DNA of 63,943 nt, filler included. It is 6 parts of 6 records of this genome, joined end to end, with 100 filler letters (N's around TTAATTAATTAA, not from the genome) between each part and the next. Parts side by side here need not be neighbours in the genome. Positions count along the whole stretch, not along the records: positions 1 to 12,675 come from DRR723986_4875; positions 12,776 to 25,026 come from DRR723986_4877; 4 more parts are not named here. One strand, written 5' to 3'. Below are positions 8,515-18,806 of the stretch, one piece after another. The notes beneath the pieces are model-generated. The model did no database searches. It was not told the DNA's origin and worked only from the letters and a program-made list of their open reading frames with translations. A program made the position numbers and the translations under genes. Each line of letters opens with the position of its first letter. Positions within the stretch are counted from its first letter, which is position 1.

Positions 8515-9699
8515 TCAGGACAAGTGCGCGGCATGCAACTGTGGCTCTACTCCGGGCTGCTCACATTCAACGGGGCGGACGTGCATGCCTGGCAGTCTAA
8601 AACTGAAACAGCTACCGGCACCGGGTTCGGCTGAACTCTCAACTTGCACTGATCCGCCGAGTTTTTCAACAATTTTCTTAACAATCGAGAGCCCCAGGCC
8701 ATGCCCATGAGCATTTAAACGTGCGCCATTGTTGCGTGTACTAAAGATATGCGCCTGATCCTCAGGCCTTATGCCGTCGCCGTTATCACGCACCCAAAAA
8801 CAAACCTCACCTGACTCTTCGCTTGTAGCTCCCAGCTGAATCTGCGCTGGATTGCCGCCGTAGTTGATTGCATTGGCAATATAGTTTATCCAAACTTCTT
8901 CCACCCAGGGCGCATAACCGGCGGCGGCGGGCCAGGACTCCGGCCGCGAGATCGTAGCACCGGACGTGCTAATCTGATGTTCCAGACTCTGCAGCGCCTC
9001 GTGTACAATTGCGCCCATATCCAGCACCATGCGCGGTGGAGCCTGATGATCCATCGTCGCCAGCAGTAAAATTTCTTCAATCACGCGGTCCAGCTTACGG
9101 CCGCCACGCACCACCGAGTCCAGATAACGCTTTGACTCTGATTCCGAGAGCTCTCCACCTTCTTCCTGCATGATGCGGGCGATGCCGATGATGCCGTTGA
9201 GCGGTGCTTTCAGATTGTGTGCCACGGTGTGCGCATAATCTTCCAGGTCCATATTTTGCTGGAGCGTAGCCCGGTGTGTTAGCTCGGCGCTGCGCGCGCG
9301 TCCAATTTGGCGGACGGCACGTGCTACCTGGCGCGCCAGGTTAGGATACTCATAGGCTTGACCGCCCAGCGTTACCAGACATAAAGGTGCACGAAACTGT
9401 GCTTCCAGAGCTGGATCAATGCGATTTTTCTCGGCATCCGCCGGTGCGATTACAAAGATTTGCACGGCATTCGGGTCATAGTCGGGACCGAGCACAAATT
9501 CGCGCACGTCTTCGGGTAGTTTCTCAGCGGCAATCACAACGGCAGAGGTCCGGCGATGCTGGACAATCGCCAGCAGCTCTCCTGGATCCTCCAGCAAGAG
9601 CGGCGGCAAACCGAGGTCAACTTCGTTAAAAGCCTTGAGTAATTTAGACTGATGCGCTTCTGTGATCGCGAGCAAAACCTGACTGCTAAAAACCTGCAT
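8515..9699 (-). CDS. Cytoplasmic sensor histidine kinase (HisKA + HATPase_c)
   Basis: H-box AHNLKAPL, N-box NYIANAINY, G1 DNGDGI, G2 GHGLGLSIV; likely ATG at 9699. Confidence 0.9.
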   Translation of the reverse strand: MQVFSSQVLLAITEAHQSKLLKAFNEVDLGLPPLLLEDPGELLAIVQHRRTSAVVIAAEKLPEDVREFVLGPDYDPNAVQIFVIAPADAEKNRIDPALEAQFRAPLCLVTLGGQAYEYPNLARQVARAVRQIGRARSAELTHRATLQQNMDLEDYAHTVAHNLKAPLNGIIGIARIMQEEGGELSESESKRYLDSVVRGGRKLDRVIEEILLLATMDHQAPPRMVLDMGAIVHEALQSLEHQISTSGATISRPESWPAAAGYAPWVEEVWINYIANAINYGGNPAQIQLGATSEESGEVCFWVRDNGDGIRPEDQAHIFSTRNNGARLNAHGHGLGLSIVKKIVEKLGGSVQVESSAEPGAGSCFSFRLPGMHVRPVECEQPGVEPQLHAAHLS

Positions 9700-9948
9700 G
9701 TGGTTATGAACCTTTATCCACCGGCCTGCCGCAGCACTGCTTTCGGGGCAATTAACACATTCCGCCCTAGTCAGCTTACCTGCAGACAACCAGTTCAACA
9801 CGTCTAAAAAAAATACGAGACCACATAATGCCGCTGCATGGCTGAATCCTACCATGGGCATTCTATATTAAACTAATTGTACTCGTTAACTTGCCTTGAA
9901 AACTTCTGGATCGCTACCAATAAGGGCAGCTGGGCTGTGAATGTAAGC

Positions 9949-9979
9949 TGCTTCAACTCAACGACCTTAGGTTGAAGCA
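9949..9979. promoter_or_regulatory. Inverted repeat TGCTTCAAC-N13-GTTGAAGCA in divergent promoter region
   Basis: Perfect 9-bp arms between the kinase and lipoprotein genes; a TAnnTTTG-like element (TACCTTTG) lies at 10028-10035. Confidence 0.35.
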
Positions 9980-10198
9980 AACTCCCAGGTTTCATTAAGG
10001 CTTATCCGCGAATATCTCGTCTCGTTGTACCTTTGAAATCTTAAGCCGTTCAAGATAAGAAATATTATGCTAGTGCCGCAAGCAAGCTGTATTTTCGGCT
10101 ACAGGAAAGTGATGATTTGTGTGCCGCGGCTGTATATTCGTAGCGACATGTGTGTTGTAAACTTCCGAACACAGTACAACAAATTTGATGATGAGCTT

Positions 10199-12088
10199 AT
10201 GATGACGGCCAAGACTTTTTTCCGCAGCCTCGCCGCAGCGGCACTCTGCTTACTGTTCAGCGCATGTGATAGTGGATCTCCTGCTGAGGATGGCGGTCCG
10301 GCAGGAGGAGATATTCCCCAGCAGACCGCGTATATCAGCGGGACGGCCGGCCTGTGTAATGCCGACTCACAAAGCCCGATGCAGTTGCATGTGGTACTTC
10401 CACGCCTGGACGCCGGCGACTCGGTCTTGCAGTCTTTTGATCTTAAGGCCGGCGAAACATTTACCGTCAAGGTCGATCATATTGGAGTAGTCTGCCTGGA
10501 CATTACCGCGCCTTCCTACCAGCGCGCACGGATTTATCCAATTTTGCTGCGCAATTCCGATACCATTCAGATTTCAAGCGAACTACGCCCATACTTTGAC
10601 GACTCCAAAAAGCTGGCCGGCACACCCGCCGTCATTGGCGACTTCAACGCCTGGAATTGGGATTCGGCGCTGGTGATGCAGCCAAACGGTTCCGGAACGT
10701 GGCAAGCTTCAATTCCACTGCCGCAAAATCAGGCTCAGGGGCCCAGGCGCTATCAGCTGATTGGTGTAGTCGCAGACCGCAGCATCAACGGCACACAGTC
10801 TGCAGGCATCGAATACGACGGTGCCGGTGATTATTATTCCGTGCTCGACGTTCCGGCCGGCGCGCAGGAAATCTCAGTCGAATTTGATGAGTCGCAGCTT
10901 CCCTTTGGTAGCTGTGAGGCAAAAACAGAACAGAGTGACGCCGCTTCACAACTCTTGCTTTTTGAGTTGGCCGCTGCGCGCAATCTGGAAAAAGATCTGC
11001 GCCTGGCGCGTCAACAGAGTTTGATTGCCGGCCCCGGCGAGGAAGTTCCACAGCCCTCCGGCGATGTTGCCGGTATTCAAAACGCTCTTAAAAAACTAAG
11101 CGGTCTGGAAGCCAATATCAAACGCATCGGCTTGCTGCATGCCGGAATGTATTCCAGGGAAAACCACGCAGAACTCATGCGCAGCACGATTCAGGCCATC
11201 GGCGCAAGCTCCCCATTGTGGACAATTGACGGCCGCAGTGATATTGGCCACGTCCTCCCCTATCTGATGTATCTGGGCGGCATGCAGAAAAGCACCTGGA
11301 ACTTTGTTAAGTCAATCGCCCGCAGCCATCCCGTTGACGATGTACGTGCACGTACGCTTTTCCACTTGTTAACATATGCGAACCGTTATCCAGAGAGCAA
11401 GGATGACACCAGTAGTGTTCCCGTACGCATTACGCGTTCCGAAGCACGCGATTTATACAGCGACTTACTACAGAAACACACCAACAGCCCCTGGCTGTTA
11501 AAAGCACGCGATGTTAACCCCGACCGCAAAATCAGTCCACGCGCACCGGCTCCGGCATTTGCGCTCCCAGCCTTGCAGGATAGCAGTGTCACTATCACGG
11601 TTGACACTGTCCAAACACCTTATGTTTTATTTCACTTTTGGGAGCCCACAAATCAGTCGTCCATACGCAGCGTATCGGCCGTAAGTGATGTTCTGCGGAT
11701 TGTTGGTAGCGACTCACTGATGATTATTTCGGTGGCCGTCGGAACCCAGCCGGAGGCGGTCGATCAGATTCGCAGGACGGTGCACCCCATGCCCTGGACA
11801 CACAGCTTTGTTAACAGCCGCAGTTCCTGGGCAATCGAAACTTTATTTAACATTGGCAGCTATCCAAACTACTTATTGGTAGCACGCGACGGAACGATTA
11901 TGGCGGACAATGCACAGTTCCGCAATCGCGGCGTTTCCGATATTGTGCGCAATATTGTGCCGGGCTCAGATCCGGTTAACACTATGCGCGAGCAGGAAAA
12001 TGTTAACCCTGGACCGGGTTCGGCCCCGAGTCAATTTTCACCGTTTAACATTCAACGTCGTGGCACACCGATGCCGCGCAGGCGTTAA
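10199..12088 (+). CDS. Lipoprotein with CBM48/X25-like domain and C-terminal TlpA-like thioredoxin fold lacking CxxC
   Basis: FSAC lipobox; VIGDFNAWNW...GTWQASIPL; APAFALP...VLFHFWEPTNQSS...YPNYLLVARDGTI. Confidence 0.7.
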   Translation: MMTAKTFFRSLAAAALCLLFSACDSGSPAEDGGPAGGDIPQQTAYISGTAGLCNADSQSPMQLHVVLPRLDAGDSVLQSFDLKAGETFTVKVDHIGVVCLDITAPSYQRARIYPILLRNSDTIQISSELRPYFDDSKKLAGTPAVIGDFNAWNWDSALVMQPNGSGTWQASIPLPQNQAQGPRRYQLIGVVADRSINGTQSAGIEYDGAGDYYSVLDVPAGAQEISVEFDESQLPFGSCEAKTEQSDAASQLLLFELAAARNLEKDLRLARQQSLIAGPGEEVPQPSGDVAGIQNALKKLSGLEANIKRIGLLHAGMYSRENHAELMRSTIQAIGASSPLWTIDGRSDIGHVLPYLMYLGGMQKSTWNFVKSIARSHPVDDVRARTLFHLLTYANRYPESKDDTSSVPVRITRSEARDLYSDLLQKHTNSPWLLKARDVNPDRKISPRAPAPAFALPALQDSSVTITVDTVQTPYVLFHFWEPTNQSSIRSVSAVSDVLRIVGSDSLMIISVAVGTQPEAVDQIRRTVHPMPWTHSFVNSRSSWAIETLFNIGSYPNYLLVARDGTIMADNAQFRNRGVSDIVRNIVPGSDPVNTMREQENVNPGPGSAPSQFSPFNIQRRGTPMPRRR

Positions 12089-12309
12089 TGCCGTAATCCG
12101 GCAGTTATTCCATAGCGAGCACCGGTCAGCGGTTGCAGGTTTAACTTTAACGCCAACTGCAGCGCCAAACGCAATCTTAGGTACCTGCGGCTTACATGCA
12201 CGGACTAGACCTTGGGGAGTCCGCCTGCCGATCTGAGCGCTTTGAGTCCTGGCTTCTCCTGCGGAGTCAGCTGCGGCCTCAGGCTTATTGATTTTTATGT
12301 TAGGCATTG

Positions 12310-12352
12310 AGGCTTGAGACTCGGGTATTTGAGTCTTGAGCCTATTTGGTTT
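12310..12352 (+). terminator. Probable terminator hairpin
   Basis: aggcttgagactc / gagtcttgagcct stem (with G-U pairs) followed by a T-rich run. Confidence 0.4.
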
Positions 12353-12654
12353 GTGGACCGGCGCGCGTTCAGCCGCGAGTGGAGTTTGAGGCTGAGAGCG
12401 CGCAGCTGCGAGTGGAATTGAACCGCCGAGCGGGCAGCAATGACATTGGGCGGGCTGGATTTCCAAGAATTTGGCGCATGACAGGCACATTGCTTGAGCC
12501 TGGATTCCGTGTAACAGAAAGAGCGCGTCTCCAAGTTCATGTTTTTTTGGCAAAGTCAAGGTAAATGGGCTGTGTGGCTGGTGGTTTGGGGTTAGTGGGC
12601 TGGGAGGCTGTTTTTGGGGTCTTGGGATTGGAATCGCATCTAAGCGTCACCCGG

Positions 12655-12675
12655 GTCGAGCCCTAAGGGCTCGAC
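12655..12675. repeat. REP-like palindrome at contig end
   Basis: gtcgagccc-taa-gggctcgac perfect hairpin exactly where the assembly breaks. Confidence 0.45.
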
Positions 12676-12775
12676 NNNNNNNNNNNNNNNNNNNNNNNNN
12701 NNNNNNNNNNNNNNNNNNNTTAATTAATTAANNNNNNNNNNNNNNNNNNNNNNNNNNNNNNNNNNNNNNNNNNNN
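12676..12775. other. Artificial contig spacer
   Basis: N-run, TTAATTAATTAA (stops in all six frames), N-run. Confidence 0.99.
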
Positions 12776-14408
12776 CTTCATCCTGATGGACTATGGCACC
12801 GGCGCCATCTTTGCCTGCCCGGCACATGACCAGCGCGACCTGGACTTCGCCCGCAAATACGGCCTGCCTGTCACGCCCGTCGTGCTGCCGAAGGATGCCG
12901 ATCCGGCAACCTTTGATGTAGCCGACGAGGCTTTCACCGACGATGGCACCATCTTCAACTCCGACTTCCTGAACGGCCTTTCCATTCCGGACGCCAAGGA
13001 AGCGGTGGCCAAGAAGCTGGAAGAGATCACCGTCGACGGCGCATCCCAGGCAGAACGCCAGGTGAATTACCGGCTGCGCGACTGGGGCATTTCGCGTCAG
13101 CGCTACTGGGGCTGCCCGATCCCGGTCATTCATTGCGACGATTGCGGTGTGGTACCGGAGAAGGACGAGAACCTGCCGGTCCAGCTGCCGGACGACATCA
13201 ACTTCGACAAGCCCGGCAATCCGCTCGACCGTCACCCGACCTGGCGCAACACGTCCTGCCCGAAATGCGGCAAGCCTGCCCGCCGCGAATCCGACACCAT
13301 GGACACCTTCGTGGACAGTTCCTGGTACTTCGCCCGCTTCACGGCGCCGGACTGCGATCAGCCGACCGACCCGGAAGCCGCCAACGGCTGGCTGCCGGTG
13401 GACCAGTATATCGGCGGTATCGAGCATGCCATCCTGCACCTGCTCTATTCCCGTTTCTTCACACGGGCGATGCAGAAGGTCGGTGCGCTTGATCTGAAGG
13501 AGCCGTTCAAGGGCCTGTTTACACAGGGTATGGTCACCCACGAGACCTATCGCGTCGGCGAAGGTGCGAACGGGCGCTGGATTGCCCCGTCCGAGATCCG
13601 TATCGAGGATGTCGACGGCAAGCGCCGCGCGGTTCTTGTCGAAACCGGCGAAGACGTTGCCATCGGCTCCATCGAGAAGATGTCGAAGTCGAAGAAGAAC
13701 ACTGTCGATCCGACCGACATCATCGACACCTACGGCGCCGATACCGCCCGCTGGTTCATGCTCTCCGACAGCCCGCCGGAGCGGGACGTGATCTGGACCG
13801 AGGACGGCGTGCAAGGTGCCTGGCGTTTCGTCCAGCGCGTCTGGCGCCTGATCGGCGACATTGCCGAGAAGATCGAACCTCGTGGCGGCAAGGCACCGGA
13901 AGTCGACGGCAAGGCGCTTGATCTGCGCCGGGCCAGCCACAAGACCCTTGCGGCCGTTTCCGCCGATCTGGAAGGCCTCGGCTTCAACAGGGCCGTCGCC
14001 CGCCTCTATGAGCTGGTCAACACCATCAGCAAGGTCTTCAACGAAGGCGACGCCGATGCCGGCACCGAATATGCCGTACGTGAAGCAGCCGACTACCTCG
14101 TGCAGATGATGGCTCCGATGATGCCGCACCTGGCAGAAGAATGCTGGTCTGCACTCGGCCACGACAATCTGATTTCGGAAGCAAGCTGGCCGCAGGCCGA
14201 CGAGGCCCTGCTGTCCGACGACACCGTCACCTACCCGATCCAGATCAACGGAAAAAAACGCGGTGAACTGACGATTGCAAAAGAGGCTTCCAAAGACGAG
14301 GTCGAAGCGGCTACCTTGGCCCTCGACGCAGTCAAGAAGGCTCTTGAAGGCAAGGCGCCGAAGAAGATTATCGTGGTACCGCAAAGGATCGTGAATGTCG
14401 TTGTTTAA
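12776..14408 (+). CDS. leuS: Leucine--tRNA ligase (5' truncated)
   Basis: [32 protein letters not shown]. Confidence 0.99.
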
Positions 14409-14970
14409 CAACCTCTTCCAGAGCAGCGGCGCGTTGCGGCGTGCTGCCCTTTGCGCCGGACTGGCAGCTGCCATGGCTCTGGGCGGATGTCAGGTCCGCC
14501 CGCTTTACGGCAGCAGCACGGGCGACTTCGGTTCCCAGCCCTCTCCCGTGGCGGCGGAACTTGCGGCGATCGATCTGGAATCCATCTCCAGCCAATACGC
14601 CAACGACGATGCATCGCGTGTTCTCTACAACGAACTGACCTACCGGTTCGAACGTGGGGCCGGCTCTGGTGCCAAGAAATATCGTCTCAAGGTATTGATG
14701 GACATCGGCAGCTCGGAAGTCGGTGTTGAACAGTTCTCCGACGTGCCTTCCGCCTACACGACCACTATGAACTCGACCTTCGTCCTGAGCGATCTGGCGA
14801 CCGACGAGACCCTGATGACCGGCCGGGCGTTCAAATCCGCTTCCTACGACTTCTCCAACCAGCGTTTTGCCAACACCCGTGCCTATCGTGATGCGCAGGA
14901 ACGTGTTGCCAAGGCAGTTGCTGACGATATCGCAGCCCGGATTGCCGGCTATTTCGCCAGCCAGTCGTAA
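14395..14970 (+). CDS. lptE: LPS assembly lipoprotein LptE
   Basis: LGGC lipobox followed by QVRPLYG; conserved leuS-lptE-holA order. Confidence 0.9.
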   Translation: MSLFNNLFQSSGALRRAALCAGLAAAMALGGCQVRPLYGSSTGDFGSQPSPVAAELAAIDLESISSQYANDDASRVLYNELTYRFERGAGSGAKKYRLKVLMDIGSSEVGVEQFSDVPSAYTTTMNSTFVLSDLATDETLMTGRAFKSASYDFSNQRFANTRAYRDAQERVAKAVADDIAARIAGYFASQS

Positions 14971-14994
14971 CACTGACCCCGGAGGCAAACGGCC

Positions 14995-16035
14995 GTGACC
15001 GTCCTCAAAGCCGCGGAGATTGACCGTTTCGTCGCCAATCCCCCGGAGGCTGGCGGCGTTGTCCTGATCTTTGGTCCGGATACCGGACTCGTATCGGAAC
15101 GCGCCACCCGCCTCGTTAACAAGGCCTCCGAAGGCGAAAGCGATCCGTTCAATCTGGTCAAGCTTGATGCGTCTGATCTCGGTTCGGATCCGAATCGGCT
15201 GATCGACGAAGTTCTGACCGTTCCGCTTTTTGGTGGCCGCAGGATCGTCTGGGTGAAGGATGCTTCCTCCCGCAATCTCAATCCTGCAGTCGAACCCGTT
15301 CTGAAGCTGGACGACTGGCAGACGCTGGTGGTCCTTGAGGGCGGCGACATCAAGAAGGGCGTCGGCCTCAGAAAGCTGATCGAATCGCACAAACGCGCCG
15401 TTGCGCTGCCCTGTTATGCCGACAATGACCGGGGCATCGACCAGTTGATCGACGAGGAAACCCGCGAAGCCGGTCTTTCGGTTACCCGGGAAGCCCGGGC
15501 AGCACTGCACAGCCTGCTGGGCGGTGATCGCATGGCCAGCCGCGGTGAGCTGAAAAAACTCTGCCTCTATGCCCTCAACAAGGGCCGCATCGACAGCGAG
15601 GATGTCGAGGCTATCATCGGCGATGCATCTGCCTTCGAAATGTCGGAGCTGATTGATGCTGCAGCATCGGGAGACCTTGCCTTGCTGGACCACGGGCTGG
15701 AACGGCTCGCGGAAGCCGGCTCCAAGGCCTCGGTGATCGCCAACCAGACATTGAAGCATTTTCAACATTTGCATCGGATGCGAATCGATATCGAACAGGG
15801 CAAAAACGCCCAGGCCGTCGTCGATGGACAGCGACCGCCTATCTTCTTCACCCGCAAGCCGAAATTCACCCAGCAGTTACGGATCTGGTCCCTGACGGAT
15901 CTGGAACGCGCGATGGACATTCTAAGCGAGGCTACACGCATTTCCCGCCTCAACGATGCCCTTGGTGTACCCGTCCTCTCCGAAGCCCTCCTGAAGCTCG
16001 GCAGAGCCGCCAGAGCGCGGCAACAGAGGCGCTAA
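14995..16035 (+). CDS. holA: DNA polymerase III subunit delta
   Basis: LIFGPDTGLV, LFGGRRIVWV, SRGELKKLCLY; synteny. Confidence 0.95.
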   Translation: MTVLKAAEIDRFVANPPEAGGVVLIFGPDTGLVSERATRLVNKASEGESDPFNLVKLDASDLGSDPNRLIDEVLTVPLFGGRRIVWVKDASSRNLNPAVEPVLKLDDWQTLVVLEGGDIKKGVGLRKLIESHKRAVALPCYADNDRGIDQLIDEETREAGLSVTREARAALHSLLGGDRMASRGELKKLCLYALNKGRIDSEDVEAIIGDASAFEMSELIDAAASGDLALLDHGLERLAEAGSKASVIANQTLKHFQHLHRMRIDIEQGKNAQAVVDGQRPPIFFTRKPKFTQQLRIWSLTDLERAMDILSEATRISRLNDALGVPVLSEALLKLGRAARARQQRR

Positions 16036-16096
16036 CGAGGTTACCTGCTCCTCTCCCTGAGTCTCTTTGTATTCTTTGCGTTCACTCACACACCTC

Positions 16097-16204
16097 CCTG
16101 ATCCTGAGGAAGCGCGCAAGCGCTGTCTCGAAGGATGAGCGGCAACCACCGGGACATGTGGGCCATTCTGCGAGACGGGCCTGATGACAGTCCTCAGGAT
16201 GAGG
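16097..16204. repeat. Rhizobiales REP/RIME-like palindromic intergenic element
   Basis: ATCCTGAGGA..GTCTCGAAGGATG ... CGAGACG..TCCTCAGGATGAGG inverted arms between convergent genes. Confidence 0.75.
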
Positions 16205-16237
16205 AATGTTGGGATTACAGGCCGGCAAAATCAAAAC

Positions 16238-16267
16238 AAAAAAGCCGGAGCAATAATCGCTCCGGCT
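16238..16267 (-). terminator. Rho-independent terminator of parB
   Basis: agccggagc / gctccggct stem with adjacent A6 (U-tract on the - strand). Confidence 0.8.
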
Positions 16268-16293
16268 GTAAAATTTAAAATAAATTCAATATC

Positions 16294-17199
16294 TTAGCGC
16301 GTCTCAACGCCCAGCTTCTTGCAGATCTCGTCGAGCTGTTCCAGCGACGTGTACTTGATCTTCAGGTCGCCCGATTCCTTGCCCGGCTTGTGGCCGACGG
16401 TGACTTTCAGACCGAGCGTGTCGGTGAGGCGCTTTTCCAGAGCCTTGGTGTCGGCGTCCTTCGGGGCCTTCTCGGTCGGGGTCTTCTGGCCCATCAGTTT
16501 GGCGAGAGCATCCGGGTCCTGAGCGATCTTTTCGGTCTCGCGGACGCTGAGGCCTTTTTCGACGATCAGATCGGCAAGTGCACTCGGGTCATCGATGGTG
16601 ATCAGCGCCCGGGCGTGGCCGGCCGTGAGCAGGCCTTCGTGCAGATAGTCCTTTACCGAATTCGGCAGCTTCAGCAGGCGCATGGTGTTGGCCACGTGAC
16701 TACGGCTCTTGCCGATCACCTTGGCGAGTTCGCCCTGGCTGTAGCTGAACTCGGCGGTAAGCTGCTCATAGCCCATCGCTTCTTCGATCGGGTTGAGATC
16801 GGCACGCTGGACGTTCTCGATAATGGCGAGCTCAAGCGCTTCCTGATCGGTCACGTCCCGAATGATGATCGGTGCTTCGTGCAGCCCGGCCCGCTGTGCG
16901 GCCCGCCAACGGCGTTCGCCGGCGATGATCTCGAAACGATTGGCCTTCCCTGCTGCCGGACGTACCAGGATCGGCTGGACGATGCCTTTTGCCTTCAGGG
17001 ACTCGGAAAGGTCCGCAAGGTCCTTTTCGGTGAAGGTCTTGCGCGGGTTGCGCGGGTTGGGCTCCAGATGTTCGATCGGCACCCTGCGGGAGTCGCGAAT
17101 GATCTTTTCCGGCGGTGCGGCCGCTTCGGGAGCCGAATCCCCGATCAGCGCCGCCAAACCACGGCCCAAACGCTTGTTCTTGACGTCTCTTTCCGCCAT
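16294..17199 (-). CDS. parB: Chromosome partitioning CTPase ParB
   Basis: LGRGLAAL, IIAGERRWRAA, IIENVQRADLNPIEEA, HTH. Confidence 0.99.
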   Translation of the reverse strand: MAERDVKNKRLGRGLAALIGDSAPEAAAPPEKIIRDSRRVPIEHLEPNPRNPRKTFTEKDLADLSESLKAKGIVQPILVRPAAGKANRFEIIAGERRWRAAQRAGLHEAPIIIRDVTDQEALELAIIENVQRADLNPIEEAMGYEQLTAEFSYSQGELAKVIGKSRSHVANTMRLLKLPNSVKDYLHEGLLTAGHARALITIDDPSALADLIVEKGLSVRETEKIAQDPDALAKLMGQKTPTEKAPKDADTKALEKRLTDTLGLKVTVGHKPGKESGDLKIKYTSLEQLDEICKKLGVETR

Positions 17200-17305
17200 A
17201 CCGCACCTTTTTCTTCTTATATTTCAATAGGATATAGCATGGCGACTGTGCCTCTTCGCCGCCATGCATCAAGGCTCGCCAAAACGGAGCCGAATCGATC
17301 GGGCT

Positions 17306-18130
17306 TTATGCCGCGACGCGTCGCAGTTCGCGCTCACGCTGGATGATTTCAGACGCAAGCCGCAGATAGGCCTGGCTGCCGGCACATTTCAAATCGTAAA
17401 GCAGCGCCGGCTTGCCATAGGACGGAGCTTCCGAAATGCGAACGTTGCGCGGAATGATCGTTTCGTAAACCGCATCACCCATGGTTTCGCGCACATCGGC
17501 GACCACCTGGCTGGAGAGGTTGTTGCGGCTGTCGTACATGGTCAGAACGATGCCATGGATGCTGAGTTCAGGATTAAGCGCGTTCTTGACCTGCTCAACC
17601 GTGCTGAGCAACTGGCTGAGACCTTCAAGCGCGAAGAACTCGCATTGCAGCGGCACCAGGATGGAGTGCGACGCGGACAAGGCGTTGATCGTCAGCAGGT
17701 TCAGTGACGGCGGGCAGTCGACCAGCACGTAGGTAAAGCCGATCTCCTGGAACAGACGCGAATGGGTCAGGTTTTCGATGGCACTGCGCAGGCGGAACGC
17801 CCGGTCACCCGTGGAGGCGATTTCCAGTTCGAGTCCCAGCAGATCCATTGTGGACGGCGCCACCCAAAGACGCTGCACCGCTGTTTCGCGAACGGCCTCT
17901 GCAAGGGAGCAGTCGCCGCTCAGAACTTCATATGTCGACAGACCACGGTCGCGATGCTCGATACCCAAACCCGTTGAAGCGTTACCCTGCGGGTCGAGGT
18001 CAATCACCAGAACTTTTTCGCCAATCGCCGCAAGCGCCGTGCCGAGGTTAATGGCGGTCGTGGTTTTGCCCACCCCACCCTTCTGATTCGCTAGCGCGAG
18101 AACGCGCGGCATTTCGGGAAGCATGCTCAT
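17306..18130 (-). CDS. parA: Chromosome partitioning ATPase ParA
   Basis: NQKGGVGKTTT, DLDPQGNAS, DCPPSL. Confidence 0.99.
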   Translation of the reverse strand: MSMLPEMPRVLALANQKGGVGKTTTAINLGTALAAIGEKVLVIDLDPQGNASTGLGIEHRDRGLSTYEVLSGDCSLAEAVRETAVQRLWVAPSTMDLLGLELEIASTGDRAFRLRSAIENLTHSRLFQEIGFTYVLVDCPPSLNLLTINALSASHSILVPLQCEFFALEGLSQLLSTVEQVKNALNPELSIHGIVLTMYDSRNNLSSQVVADVRETMGDAVYETIIPRNVRISEAPSYGKPALLYDLKCAGSQAYLRLASEIIQRERELRRVAA

Positions 18131-18149
18131 TGCTACAACACCTTCCTGG

Positions 18150-18806
18150 CTACTCCGGCCGGGCTGAAATATTCGAGAAAAGAAGCATCCGGCTCATTGG
18201 ATCAACAAGACTGTCTTTTTCTATCATGTCGAACTGCCAACGGGCAGTAGCTTCGTTAACTTCTCGCTGAAAATCCTGACCTTTGTGGAAAACAGCCTTT
18301 GCGCCGGCTGCCGTAAACGGCTCTGAAAGCTGAAAAAGCAGATCCAGCGACGCCAAGGCGCGCGCAGAAACAGCGTCCACCTGGCCGAGCTTCCAATCTT
18401 TCGCAACCGATTCGATCCGGCCAGGATGCACTGTCCCCTTGGACCCTGTCTCCCTTAAGGCCGTTCTGAGAAATGCCACCTTGCGCTGGTTGCTCTCGAT
18501 CATGTGCACATGTGCGTCCGGCTCATCGGCGAGCAGGATTGCGGTCACCACACCGGGAAACCCGCCGCCACTGCCGATATCAACCCAGGTCCGCGCTTCC
18601 GGATAACACCACTGGGTTTGGAGGCTATCCGCCACGTGACGGGTCCAGATATCCGGGATGGTCGACGGTGCAATGAGGTTTTGCGCAGGCTGCCATTTCA
18701 GAACGAGGTCGACGTAGATCTGGAGTCTATCCAACGTTTCACGTGAAACATCCCCAAACTTATGCACAACCTGTCCAGAGGTATTCAACATCACCGGGCG
18801 GCCCAT
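18150..18806 (-). CDS. rsmG: 16S rRNA m7G527 methyltransferase RsmG (GidB)
   Basis: RHVADS, DIGSGGGFPG, VSARA. Confidence 0.97.
   Translation of the reverse strand: MGRPVMLNTSGQVVHKFGDVSRETLDRLQIYVDLVLKWQPAQNLIAPSTIPDIWTRHVADSLQTQWCYPEARTWVDIGSGGGFPGVVTAILLADEPDAHVHMIESNQRKVAFLRTALRETGSKGTVHPGRIESVAKDWKLGQVDAVSARALASLDLLFQLSEPFTAAGAKAVFHKGQDFQREVNEATARWQFDMIEKDSLVDPMSRMLLFSNISARPE
18735..18750. promoter_or_regulatory. parS site (perfect 14-bp core, inside rsmG)
   Basis: cGTTTCACGTGAAACa. Confidence 0.92.

Noticed and set aside
12720-15774. Long antisense ORFs (584 aa, 468 aa) opposite leuS and holA, and similar shadows elsewhere
   Set aside because: Expected shadow frames of high-GC3 genes; no recognisable motifs.
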